Shown here piece by piece: positions 25,738 through 33,861 of a stretch of 57,752 bases of DNA (within the stretch, counting starts at the first letter, position 1; every line of letters begins with the position of its first letter). The stretch is taken from the NCBI GenBank assembly GCA_041653315.1, contig JBAZFO010000004.1, positions 1 through 57,752 on the forward strand. The letters run 5' to 3'. A program made the translations under genes and the position numbers. The notes beneath the pieces are model-generated. The model worked only from the letters and a program-made list of their open reading frames with translations. It was not told the DNA's origin and did not search any database. The stretch comes from Candidatus Micrarchaeia archaeon. GTDB lineage: Archaea > Micrarchaeota > Micrarchaeia > Anstonellales > JAHKLY01.

Positions 25738-26124
25738 TTAATGCGCCGCCTCAGCTTCCGGCACGGGCTGATAGTTAACCGGCTGCAAGGGCCGCACCTT
25801 CTGCACCCGCACCCCCATGCCCTCGTTAATGGCCGTGGCCAGGGACTTGATTTGCAGCTTGAGCAGGTCGATAGCCTCCTTGAAGGCCGCCATGCTCGCC
25901 TTTTTGTCTTCCTCCACCTCGTTGAGTTGGGCCACTAAGCTGGCCAGTTCAATCGCCTTCGGTTCGAGTTCTGCGGTAAGAAAAAGTTGCCTCATCGGTT
26001 TTGTTCTCCCATGGATTTCGTGAAACATCGGGGTTAAGAGTTCTTCAACCGCTGCCTTGTTTTCCAGGTCGACGGATTTGCCTTGGTAGGTTATGGTGCT
26101 TTTGATTTTGTCGGTGGTGGTCAT
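25738..26124 (-). CDS. Hypothetical coiled-coil protein (128 aa)
   Basis: ORF in operon. Confidence 0.45.
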   Translation of the reverse strand: MTTTDKIKSTITYQGKSVDLENKAAVEELLTPMFHEIHGRTKPMRQLFLTAELEPKAIELASLVAQLNEVEEDKKASMAAFKEAIDLLKLQIKSLATAINEGMGVRVQKVRPLQPVNYQPVPEAEAAH

Positions 26125-26342
26125 GGGGTGTGCTCCTTGGATTTACCCTTCTCCATCTGCCGCACCCGCCGCGCCATTTCCCGGGTCTGCTTGGGCGGGT
26201 CAGCGGGTTGGCCGAAAGTCCTTTGACATTTGGGGCAGGTCACACTCACGTCCCCCAGATGCGCTTTGCCGTGATAGCCGCATTGACAGCGGTAAGGTCT
26301 GATCGTTTCGTCTTGGCGGGGAATTCGGATCATCAGATCCAC
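26121..26342 (-). CDS. Zinc-ribbon protein (73 aa)
   Basis: CQCG...CPKC motifs. Confidence 0.5.
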   Translation of the reverse strand: MDLMIRIPRQDETIRPYRCQCGYHGKAHLGDVSVTCPKCQRTFGQPADPPKQTREMARRVRQMEKGKSKEHTP

Positions 26343-26899
26343 CTCACTCGCGGTGTAACCTCAGTCGCAATCCCCAGCAAAATATAATGCAGGGCGCTCA
26401 GGGCGAAGTTGTCCATCTCAAGCGGTGCGTCCTTGACCGGACGGTTCAGCTTCTGTTCACGTCCCCGGAACCGCCCGAACTCGGCCATCAGATTAGGGCA
26501 GGCAAAAGCCCCGGCGCCATCCCGCCGTCCCGGTATCGTGTCGAAATAGAGGCTCACGGGTGCCCCCAGCTTGAAATTCGCCAGCCGTTTCTTCACCAGG
26601 TTGATCGCCAAGCTGACCTCCTTCGCCTCTACCGGGACCGCACAGAGCCGTTGTTTTCTCATGATCTTGATAAAGGCCGGCTGAGTCGGGTCGCAGTAGA
26701 ACTTTCGGACCCCAAGCTCACGTTGCCATTCTTTGGCTATCCCCACGGCGGTTTCCAATAACATGCCCTCCTGGAAGACCTCCCGGATCACCTGCACGTG
26801 GTCATGTGGCGCCGGGTCATGCCGGGCCGCAAGCAAGACGGTTGGACCCTGGAGCCCCCATTTGATGCCGACATAGACCCTGGGTTTTAATTTCTCCAC
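26333..26899 (-). CDS. Second terminase-nuclease-like paralog, first acidic residue replaced (188 aa)
   Basis: VYVGIKWG (Lys where Asp is expected), FYCDPTQP, EMDNFALSALHY; same block order as 24891-25430. Confidence 0.55.
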   Translation of the reverse strand: MEKLKPRVYVGIKWGLQGPTVLLAARHDPAPHDHVQVIREVFQEGMLLETAVGIAKEWQRELGVRKFYCDPTQPAFIKIMRKQRLCAVPVEAKEVSLAINLVKKRLANFKLGAPVSLYFDTIPGRRDGAGAFACPNLMAEFGRFRGREQKLNRPVKDAPLEMDNFALSALHYILLGIATEVTPRVRWI

Positions 26900-26900
26900 A

Positions 26901-27110
26901 TCAACCCAGGAGAGAATTATAATAATCCACGTTCACCAGCACCCAGACTCCGGCCTCATCGCGCTTGACCGGGATTTTACCCAAATGGATCAGCTTCCTC
27001 ACGGTGCGCTCATGGACACAGAGAAATTGAGCGATAGCGGGGACTCCACGATAGAACTCGACCGGAATGATGACGGGCTGTATGGTACCCTTGCTCTCCC
27101 CCTGTGTCAT
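26901..27110 (-). CDS. Helix-turn-helix DNA-binding protein (excisionase/MerR-like HTH, 69 aa)
   Basis: GVPAIAQFLCVHERTVRKLIHLGKIPV; start chosen at MTQGESK to avoid overlap with rusA. Confidence 0.55.
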   Translation of the reverse strand: MTQGESKGTIQPVIIPVEFYRGVPAIAQFLCVHERTVRKLIHLGKIPVKRDEAGVWVLVNVDYYNSLLG

Positions 27111-27141
27111 GCTTGAGCCCCCTTTAGAAAACTGTTGTCTC

Positions 27142-27714
27142 TTAAAAAAGCCTACCGGCCTCGACCCCGTTAAATTCTGCATGGGACGCCGCGTCCGCAT
27201 AATAATGGCCTATATCTTGGGCTTCCAACATAAGGCGACGATACCGCTCCGCCAGCCCCGCCCGGTATTCCTCCAGGGTAATGAGTTCTATTTCCCACCT
27301 GGCCGGGTCGCCATAATACTTGCCGGTTTCCGGAGCATATTTCACCACCAGGGCATCGTCGGTCCAGAAGACCCCTTTAAAAACGTCCTTCAGGTGCTTG
27401 ATGATATTGTCCAGGTCCGGCTTTTTGGTGGGGCAGATAGCACCGGTCAAGGCCTCTGCTTTAAATTTCTCACCCTTCTTGCCCTTAAGATCTGATTTGG
27501 TCATGGGCAGGAAAGCCTTGACACCTAAAACCAAGGCGCCGGTCAGGGGGGTCTGGGGGCGGTATTTATAAAGCAAAGCCAGTAGCTTTTCCTCTTCCGT
27601 CTGCTGCTTCGGGTCCTTTCGGGGCTTGCCGGCGATAGCCTTGCCGCCTGCCAGAAAAGCCCGGCCCCGCGCCCGCATTTGGCCTTTAGGCTCAAGGATG
27701 ATGGTGAATTTCAT
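27142..27714 (-). CDS. rusA: RusA-family Holliday junction resolvase
   Basis: KKPDLDNIIKHLKDVFKGVFWTDDALV motif. Confidence 0.8.
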   Translation of the reverse strand: MKFTIILEPKGQMRARGRAFLAGGKAIAGKPRKDPKQQTEEEKLLALLYKYRPQTPLTGALVLGVKAFLPMTKSDLKGKKGEKFKAEALTGAICPTKKPDLDNIIKHLKDVFKGVFWTDDALVVKYAPETGKYYGDPARWEIELITLEEYRAGLAERYRRLMLEAQDIGHYYADAASHAEFNGVEAGRLF

Positions 27715-27878
27715 ATCGTTGGTTTCTCCCGCTCCCGTGCCAGCCGAATCACGTTAATGAGGTAGCCTATCCAGCCCTTGGCCCAGTCCCACCCGCCCAG
27801 GACCGCCAGGCCGGTAAGCACTGCAGCCACCAATCCCAGGCCGTATGCGTATCCGAGTTTCATGGCTTCAAGCATCAT
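27711..27878 (-). CDS. Small membrane protein (55 aa)
   Basis: MMLEAMKLGYAYGLGLVAAVLTGLAVLGGW...; ATGA overlap with the rusA start; under 60 aa. Confidence 0.4.
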   Translation of the reverse strand: MMLEAMKLGYAYGLGLVAAVLTGLAVLGGWDWAKGWIGYLINVIRLAREREKPTI

Positions 27879-27884
27879 CGCGCC

Positions 27885-28100
27885 TCACTTGGCCTCGACG
27901 TTGAGCGCAATCGGGCCTTTCGGACCGCGGCCCACCTCGAATTCGACGTGCTGGCCTTCATGGAGGGTCCGCCGCCCCTTGCCGGTTTGTTTGATGTCCG
28001 AGTAGTGGACAAAAAGGTCGTCAAGCTCTTCACGTTCGATGAAGCCAAAGCCACGTGTATCGTTAAACCATTTCACAACGCCCTGTTCTTTTAAAGCCAT
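27885..28100 (-). CDS. cspA: Cold-shock protein, CspA family
   Basis: [15 protein letters not shown]...VHYSDI RNP1/RNP2 motifs. Confidence 0.9.
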   Translation of the reverse strand: MALKEQGVVKWFNDTRGFGFIEREELDDLFVHYSDIKQTGKGRRTLHEGQHVEFEVGRGPKGPIALNVEAK

Positions 28101-28621
28101 TTCCAAGTTCTCCTATGATAGATATTTTCAATCGTTTGCCGATTTAATCCTAATTCTTTCGCTATATTTGTCATATCGCCCTTCTTTTTGTTTTGGAGAC
28201 GTGCTCTTATATCAATTACTTCTTTTTCGCTTAATTTTCTATGGGGAGCCCATTCTATACCCTGCCTAACTTTATCTTGGGTATTTTCTTCATGTGTAGC
28301 CCACCTCAGGTTGCTGGCTCGATTGTTTAATTTATTTCCATCCCAATGTGCTGCTTCATGTCTTTCAGATGGACGTGGGCCATAGAAAACTTCACAAACC
28401 AAAACATGAACATGGACTCTGCGTCTGCCATTACTATAATAAAGACTTACTTCGCGATACCCCTGAAAAGTGACACTTCCATTAATAATTCTCGAGTGTC
28501 TCGCTCCATGCCCCCATGGCCTTCTGCTTAAAATTCTGCCAAAACTTGAAACTTGATAATCAGGAAAATCAGGAATTGGTTTCCAAACTTCTTCTGTAGT
28601 GTTAAAATTTCGGGCAGTCAT
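28091..28621 (-). CDS. HNH homing endonuclease (NUMOD4-like N-terminus, HNH_3, C-terminal HTH)
   Basis: [42 protein letters not shown]; AGGAGG RBS; AT-rich; 3' end overlaps the csp start. Confidence 0.8.
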   Translation of the reverse strand: MTARNFNTTEEVWKPIPDFPDYQVSSFGRILSRRPWGHGARHSRIINGSVTFQGYREVSLYYSNGRRRVHVHVLVCEVFYGPRPSERHEAAHWDGNKLNNRASNLRWATHEENTQDKVRQGIEWAPHRKLSEKEVIDIRARLQNKKKGDMTNIAKELGLNRQTIENIYHRRTWKWL

Positions 28622-28851
28622 GAGACCGCACCTCCTGTTAAGGTGGGTTTTGTGATTAGGGCCGGGATGGTGCTCCAACACTGTCTCGGCCTGATTATTT
28701 ATACCACTTACCATCTGTATTTGCAAGGTAACTTCCTTATTTCTTAACTGTTTTTTGGAAATCTTGTTCTAAAATTAACCTGAGGTAATCCCCCGGCTCG
28801 GGGCAACCCCTGCAGCCGGGGGTCCTGCTACCAAGGCACGTCTTAAAACTT

Positions 28852-29124
28852 TTAAGCGATAGCCTCTCGAAGATTTTTGTGGCATTTGAAGCTAACCTTC
28901 TTCCCCGCCGGAATGTCTATGGCCGCTCCGGTTGCCGGGTTGCGTCCCTGCCTGGCCGCGGTGGCCTTGACCTTGAAGGTGCCCAGACCCGGGATCGTCG
29001 CATCCTCGCCGTCAATCAGGGCCGCGCCTACGCAGCGCACCAAACCGTCCAGCGCCGCTTCCGCGTCCTTTTGGGTGATACCGGCTTCCTTCGCCATGCC
29101 TTTTACGAGTTCAGCTTTCGTCAT
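28852..29124 (-). CDS. HU/IHF-family DNA-binding protein
   Basis: MTKAELV...GFGTFKV-like GLGTFKVKATAARQGRNPATG arm motif. Confidence 0.9.
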   Translation of the reverse strand: MTKAELVKGMAKEAGITQKDAEAALDGLVRCVGAALIDGEDATIPGLGTFKVKATAARQGRNPATGAAIDIPAGKKVSFKCHKNLREAIA

Positions 29125-29170
29125 AAAAACCTCTTTCCTGTGGATTAAACCGCTCGACGCTGAGCGGGGG

Positions 29171-29365
29171 TTACGCTTTTAGATGAACTGCCTCCATCAA
29201 CCACGCCGCAATCCCGGCCACCCTGCCCAGCCGTTTCCGTTCATCCGGGGTCAGGTCCGCCACCGACTCAGGGGGCCGGCACTTCTCACAGACTCCGGTG
29301 ATCCGGTCGTTCCGATAATCGACCTGGCGTTCCTGGCCACAGAGGATGCAGGTAAACGTGCTCAT
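29171..29365 (-). CDS. Zinc-ribbon protein (64 aa from MSTFTC)
   Basis: CILCG...CEKC. Confidence 0.45.
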   Translation of the reverse strand: MSTFTCILCGQERQVDYRNDRITGVCEKCRPPESVADLTPDERKRLGRVAGIAAWLMEAVHLKA

Positions 29366-29589
29366 TTGAACACCCCTACCTGGCGCAACAAATGCTGGAA
29401 GCAAACACCCGAAGCACCGTATTGCCGTTTCAGGCATCCCGGGACGGTACATGTCTTGTCGATAACCGGGCTCCATTTGGCCTCGAAGGCGGCTTGCTCA
29501 GGGTCGGGGGTGAGTTGAGGTTTCGGTTCCTGGCTTTCCCGGTAGTAGGCGACGTCGTTTTTCATGAAGGTTTCTCCCATGATGATCAT
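29362..29589 (-). CDS. Hypothetical protein (75 aa)
   Basis: ATGA coupling to the upstream stop at 29586-29589. Confidence 0.4.
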   Translation of the reverse strand: MIIMGETFMKNDVAYYRESQEPKPQLTPDPEQAAFEAKWSPVIDKTCTVPGCLKRQYGASGVCFQHLLRQVGVFK

Positions 29590-30017
29590 CCACCGGACTC
29601 CCATTTCTCTGTGCATGAGCAAAGCACCGGGGGGTTAATCCGCTTGGTTATCAAATCGCCCTCCTCTGTCTTACCCATAGGCCAGTCCATCGCTGTCCTA
29701 ACCACTCCACTACCCTTACACTTCGGACATTCTGGGTTGGCCCACTTGTCCGGGTGAAAGCGGCGGTCGTGAATCTCATTGGCCTTGCTATCGCCGTTCT
29801 TCTCGCCAATTTCCATCGACTTCGCCCACATAAAGGCCGGCAGGTTCCGGGGCCAGGATTCCAGTTTTTTAACTTCGGCCAAGAGGTCTTTGATGTGATT
29901 CTCTGGAATATCCCGGACCTCTTCACACCATTGGGTAATAGTTTCATCCCGTGGAGGCTTGCGCTCAAAGTAGAGGCTCAGCTCATAGATTGCGCTTTTA
30001 AATGTTCCTGGACCCAT
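29586..30017 (-). CDS. Hypothetical replication-module protein with CxxC...CxC cluster (143 aa)
   Basis: ECPKCKGSG...CSC; downstream of the replisome organizer. Confidence 0.45.
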   Translation of the reverse strand: MGPGTFKSAIYELSLYFERKPPRDETITQWCEEVRDIPENHIKDLLAEVKKLESWPRNLPAFMWAKSMEIGEKNGDSKANEIHDRRFHPDKWANPECPKCKGSGVVRTAMDWPMGKTEEGDLITKRINPPVLCSCTEKWESGG

Positions 30018-30784
30018 TGCGGTTGACCCCCTTCGGGTTGTGCTACATCAAAATCAAATGGCTCCCTTTCCCATTCAGCCGCCTTAAGCCAGCGCTCAAA
30101 ATGCTTAAATTCAGGGTAGAAGATGCCTAACGAATCGGCTTTTTGTTTTTCGGCAATTTGGCGCTCAATTATCGAGATGACGTCTTTGGGGATGGTGGGC
30201 TTAGCCTTCTTGAACTGGGCAAAAGCGTTTTTTTTACTACCATGCTGGTTTTTGGGGTAGGCCAAATAGATTGCTTCGAAATCTTGAGGGTATGCTCCGT
30301 TCCCTCCGGTGGGAGGGGACATATCTTTTTTATTATCTTGATTTAAACTTAACTTAAACTTAAGGCCGGAGTCCTCCTGGACTTCTCCATCATTACTCCG
30401 GGAGTCCTCCGGGAGTCCTCCGGGAGTTTCACAGAGTTTATCTGGAGGCGATGGGAGTTTTGAAGGTGATTCCCTGTCTACCCTAAGTCTTTGATTATCC
30501 TTAAATTTTGGATATTGGATAAACCACTCTTTCCCTATTTGATAGCGTAAAATCAGTTCTTTGGATTCGGCATCTTTGAAGAATTTTGCTACTTTTTCGG
30601 CGGTGATATGCTCAAGAAGAGGCACCACGATTGCCCTAAAAACTTTAGGGCTTCCGCTAATCCTCCCCTCGATATCAAGGTGCGATATGGCCCAGGTAAA
30701 AAGGAGGCGGTGAGTATCATTCTCAAGGCTCGCCACGGCCTCATTAAGGCTAATTTTCTTATGGAGCATCCTACCGTCGGCCAT
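29978..30784 (-). CDS. Replisome organizer / replication initiator (DnaD- or O-like, 268 aa)
   Basis: N-terminal winged-helix-like domain, central linker encoded by iterons, C-terminal DnaD-like YPQDFEAIYLAYPK... Confidence 0.6.
   Translation of the reverse strand: MADGRMLHKKISLNEAVASLENDTHRLLFTWAISHLDIEGRISGSPKVFRAIVVPLLEHITAEKVAKFFKDAESKELILRYQIGKEWFIQYPKFKDNQRLRVDRESPSKLPSPPDKLCETPGGLPEDSRSNDGEVQEDSGLKFKLSLNQDNKKDMSPPTGGNGAYPQDFEAIYLAYPKNQHGSKKNAFAQFKKAKPTIPKDVISIIERQIAEKQKADSLGIFYPEFKHFERWLKAAEWEREPFDFDVAQPEGGQPQWVQEHLKAQSMS
30321..30430. promoter_or_regulatory. Candidate replication origin inside the organizer gene
   Basis: AT-rich tract with AACTTA repeats (30321-30364), degenerate iteron CCGGAGTCCTCC (30366-30377), then 3 x 11-bp CTCCGGGAGTC (30396-30428). 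Confidence 0.55.
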
Positions 30785-30789
30785 ATTAT

Positions 30790-31338
30790 TTACTCGTTTG
30801 GATAAAGGTTAGTGCCTCTAATTTTACGCCAACAAATTCCACAGAAATAAGGGATAACCCGATTAGAATCATCCGGGATTCTTGAACAGGCGTAAGCCAT
30901 AGATTCTTGGATGACATGAACCGGGAGAAGACTAAGAAATCTTTTTAAACTTACTGAGCGGAATTTTTGAGTGAATTGTCGATCAGGATAAGTTTCTTGA
31001 AACACGTCCTCGATAGTATCCATGTCGTTTTTAAGTCTGGATTCTACTTTTTTTACAAACTTTCGATACTCCTTTAACTGCTCTTCTTTTAATTTAAGAA
31101 CTTCTAAATTTTCAGATAACTTAGATGGGGCCTTATCGAGAGGAATATCCCTTTTCCCACGGTTACAATCGAAACAGGCAGTCAAAAGATTCTCTATAGA
31201 ATCCTTGCCACCCTTAGATTTTGGGTCGATATGGTCAATTTCAAGGACTACTTCAGGAGGGGTCTTGCCACAATAACAACACTGAAAACCGTCACGCTTA
31301 AAAACTTCAAATCTTATTTTCTTAGAAATACTCATCAC
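30790..31338 (-). CDS. HNH endonuclease (McrA-like N-terminal HNH, 182 aa)
   Basis: CCYCGK...EIDHIDPKSKGGKDSIENLLTACFDCNRGK; AT-rich. Confidence 0.8.
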   Translation of the reverse strand: MMSISKKIRFEVFKRDGFQCCYCGKTPPEVVLEIDHIDPKSKGGKDSIENLLTACFDCNRGKRDIPLDKAPSKLSENLEVLKLKEEQLKEYRKFVKKVESRLKNDMDTIEDVFQETYPDRQFTQKFRSVSLKRFLSLLPVHVIQESMAYACSRIPDDSNRVIPYFCGICWRKIRGTNLYPNE

Positions 31339-31886
31339 TTCGCCGCTCGCCCCGTAACCCTGGCCACCAACCGCACGGGCCAGGATGAGTGCTGTTGCGA
31401 TTTCCGCCGGGCCGCCTCTTCTAATGCTGCAAGCTGCTGGTGGGCCTTGCGGATTTCCTCCTGAACCGCCTTAAACTCTTCACGGGTAATCTCCGCCCCG
31501 CCTGGCGAGCCGGAATCCGCCGATTCGATTATGGTCTGACAGGCCAATGAGGTCTCCCGAAAAACCTGGGTAATGTGCCGGCTAATCTCTTCGAATGACT
31601 CCAGGGGTTGCGGTATAGTGAAGGCGACGCGCCCGAACAGGCCGTCCAGAAAATCCAGGACCCTCAGATCCCGGCGATGGTGCATGATGTTGATGAGTTC
31701 AGGGCGGATCAGGTTATATTTCTCATTTTCCCCGTCCCGCATCTTGTAGAGCGTATAGGCCTCAATGTGGACAGCATGAGCGGTTTCTTTGACTTCGCCC
31801 TCTGGCACTGTCTTAAAGAGCTGCTCTTTCAGTTGGCGCCGCTGCGTTTCTATCGGGAGACTCAGGAACTCTTCGATTTCCGACAT
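31335..31886 (-). CDS. Hypothetical early protein (183 aa)
   Basis: ORF in the early-right operon; function unknown. Confidence 0.5.
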   Translation of the reverse strand: MSEIEEFLSLPIETQRRQLKEQLFKTVPEGEVKETAHAVHIEAYTLYKMRDGENEKYNLIRPELINIMHHRRDLRVLDFLDGLFGRVAFTIPQPLESFEEISRHITQVFRETSLACQTIIESADSGSPGGAEITREEFKAVQEEIRKAHQQLAALEEAARRKSQQHSSWPVRLVARVTGRAAK

Positions 31887-32216
31887 AACCCCTTCCCATG
31901 GCTAATAAATTGTAAATTTTCACACTACCTTGGTTTGGTTTTAGGTATTACACTGCCAACATGGTCAATCATCCTCATATTCGTGGTATCCTGTTCTCAA
32001 AAATCCCCCGGGGCCGGTCGCGCATCCCCGCATTGAAAAACCGTCTCCGGGGAGGTGGGGGCCGTGGTCAATGTCCCCTCATAAATCTCTTTTGGAGCCT
32101 TATGAAAATCTCTCTCATGATCCCGCCGTGCGTCCGTTGCCTCCAGGTCTGCCCAAACTGCCAACACCTGCCGATAGACAAGCGCCGTCGCCAGGCGGAG
32201 GCGGCCTTGATGTTGC

Positions 32217-32663
32217 TCAAGGAGAAGTTTCCGGGGCTGGTTCCGGATTGGCCAGGGGAGCCGGATGGGCCGGAGAAAGAGCGGTAATCAAGTCAACCAG
32301 GTCGGGGCCAAAATCCCTCAAGGAAAACCCTCCCCCGGTAGCCTCAATTATTTTTTTGGCCAGCTTCGGAGTGATTGGGCGCTCCCCCCGGTTGATCTTA
32401 CGGATGTAGTCTTCGGATACCCCGATATCTTTGGCGATTTTGGGAGGAATTCTTTTTTCAAGAACGGCGGCTGCACGCACCTGACCATGACAAGCAGGGC
32501 ATAGCCACTCGACCTCAAGGGGTTTGGAGTAATCGCTGTGGTGGCCGTGGAGAATTATGTCTTCAAGGCCACACTTTTCACATGCGGAGGGCTTGATTAA
32601 GTGGCCATGATCAACAGCATACTTTACTTTGACCTGGGCCAACTTAGAGGGGCTCGTTTTCAT
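32217..32663 (-). CDS. DNA-binding protein: N-terminal HNH-like zinc finger plus HTH (148 aa)
   Basis: CEKCG...HGHHSDYSKPLEVEWLCPACH, then IAKDIGVSEDYIRKINRGERPIT. Confidence 0.55.
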   Translation of the reverse strand: MKTSPSKLAQVKVKYAVDHGHLIKPSACEKCGLEDIILHGHHSDYSKPLEVEWLCPACHGQVRAAAVLEKRIPPKIAKDIGVSEDYIRKINRGERPITPKLAKKIIEATGGGFSLRDFGPDLVDLITALSPAHPAPLANPEPAPETSP

Positions 32664-32854
32664 AATGCGGTAGATCCCAGATCATCCGGATTAACTTTAC
32701 CGTCCGTCGCCCGCTGTATTTTAAGGGCCGTCTTGAGAGAGAGACCCCTCTCTCCTTTGAGAAAGCGAGTAATAACCGGCAAAGGGAACCGATGCTTTTT
32801 GGCCCAGCCACAGGGGGTCTCGCCGATTTCTTTTAAGTAGGTGTCTAATTTCAT
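32660..32854 (-). CDS. cro: Cro/YdaS-like HTH regulator (64 aa)
   Basis: Small HTH protein divergent from the CI-like repressor across the operator region. Confidence 0.65.
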   Translation of the reverse strand: MKLDTYLKEIGETPCGWAKKHRFPLPVITRFLKGERGLSLKTALKIQRATDGKVNPDDLGSTAL

Positions 32855-32864
32855 ATGATCATGC

Positions 32865-32938
32865 TAACCGTAAGGTAAGTTTAATGTCAAGAGAAAAATG
32901 TACCGTGCAGTTAGATTTTTTCGATTACCATGCGGTTA
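32865..32938. promoter_or_regulatory. Immunity operator cluster between the cro-like and CI-like genes
   Basis: TAACCGTAAGGTAA (32865-78), weaker GTACCGTGCAGTTA (32900-13), TTACCATGCGGTTA (32925-38). Confidence 0.55.
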
Positions 32939-33642
32939 TGAGCGTGGATGACGAAATTGATCAGATATTAGTCTTTATTCGGGACAACCTGAATTATTTT
33001 AAGACTAATAATCGAGGCGAACTTACCAGGATTGCGAAAGAATTTAGCCTTAGTCAAAAAAATATGGCGGACTTCTCTAATTCGTATGGACCCGGCTCTA
33101 ACCCGCAGTTCAGGACTACTTATAAAATTCTGAAAAGACTTTTAGGGAGGCGTCCGGTAGATTTGGAGGGGATTATTCCGGTCATAACTGTTGTGGGGGG
33201 TGTTCCAGAAATCCCAAAAGGGCTTAGGCCTGAAGATTATTATGCCGTACCTATGGTTGAGGATAAAATCGCTGCTGGCCTTGGACGTATAGTGGCAGAC
33301 AAGATCACTGACTTGGTATGGGTTTATAAACCTGAGATTGGTAGTCGCCGAAATTTGGTGGCCGTTAAGCTGGCCCCCGATGCGAAATCAATGGAGCCCG
33401 CCCTACACCCTGGAGATATTGTAGTAATAGACCGGGACGATAAAGCTATTACATCGAAGGCAATCTATGCAGTAAGAACCTCTCAGGAACCGTGTGCTAT
33501 AAAAAGAATCTCGATTTCGAAAGAAAGATTCTGGCTTGTTTCTGATAACCCAGAATGGCCACCCCAGATTTCCGAATTTAATAACTCAGAAGATTTAATT
33601 ATTGGGAGGGTCGTTTGGTCCTGGACTAGTTGGGTGAGGTGA
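32884..33642 (+). CDS. cI: CI/LexA-like repressor with S24 peptidase domain (alternative start at 32938)
   Basis: N-terminal HTH (GELTRIAKEFSLSQKNMADF), C-terminal AKSMEP (Ser) and AIKRI (Lys) autocleavage dyad. Confidence 0.8.
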   Translation: MSREKCTVQLDFFDYHAVMSVDDEIDQILVFIRDNLNYFKTNNRGELTRIAKEFSLSQKNMADFSNSYGPGSNPQFRTTYKILKRLLGRRPVDLEGIIPVITVVGGVPEIPKGLRPEDYYAVPMVEDKIAAGLGRIVADKITDLVWVYKPEIGSRRNLVAVKLAPDAKSMEPALHPGDIVVIDRDDKAITSKAIYAVRTSQEPCAIKRISISKERFWLVSDNPEWPPQISEFNNSEDLIIGRVVWSWTSWVR

Positions 33643-33645
33643 GCA

Positions 33646-33858
33646 ATGAGTAACTTAGAAGCGGATGGGCCGCCAAAATGTCCGAATTGTGGTTCGAAGC
33701 ATTTGACTACAATTCAAAAAGGCGACCCACCCAAAAAAACTAAATGGCTAATGGTATTCTTAACAGACGGCCTGTTTGGGTTAGGGGATTATGGAAGCCA
33801 AAGGGTTGAATTGGTATGCCTTAAGTGCGGGCACAACTGGCACCCTGGAGATCAATAA
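33646..33858 (+). CDS. Zinc-ribbon protein (70 aa) co-transcribed with the repressor
   Basis: CPNCG...CLKCG with a central hydrophobic segment. Confidence 0.5.
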   Translation: MSNLEADGPPKCPNCGSKHLTTIQKGDPPKKTKWLMVFLTDGLFGLGDYGSQRVELVCLKCGHNWHPGDQ

Positions 33859-33861
33859 AAA

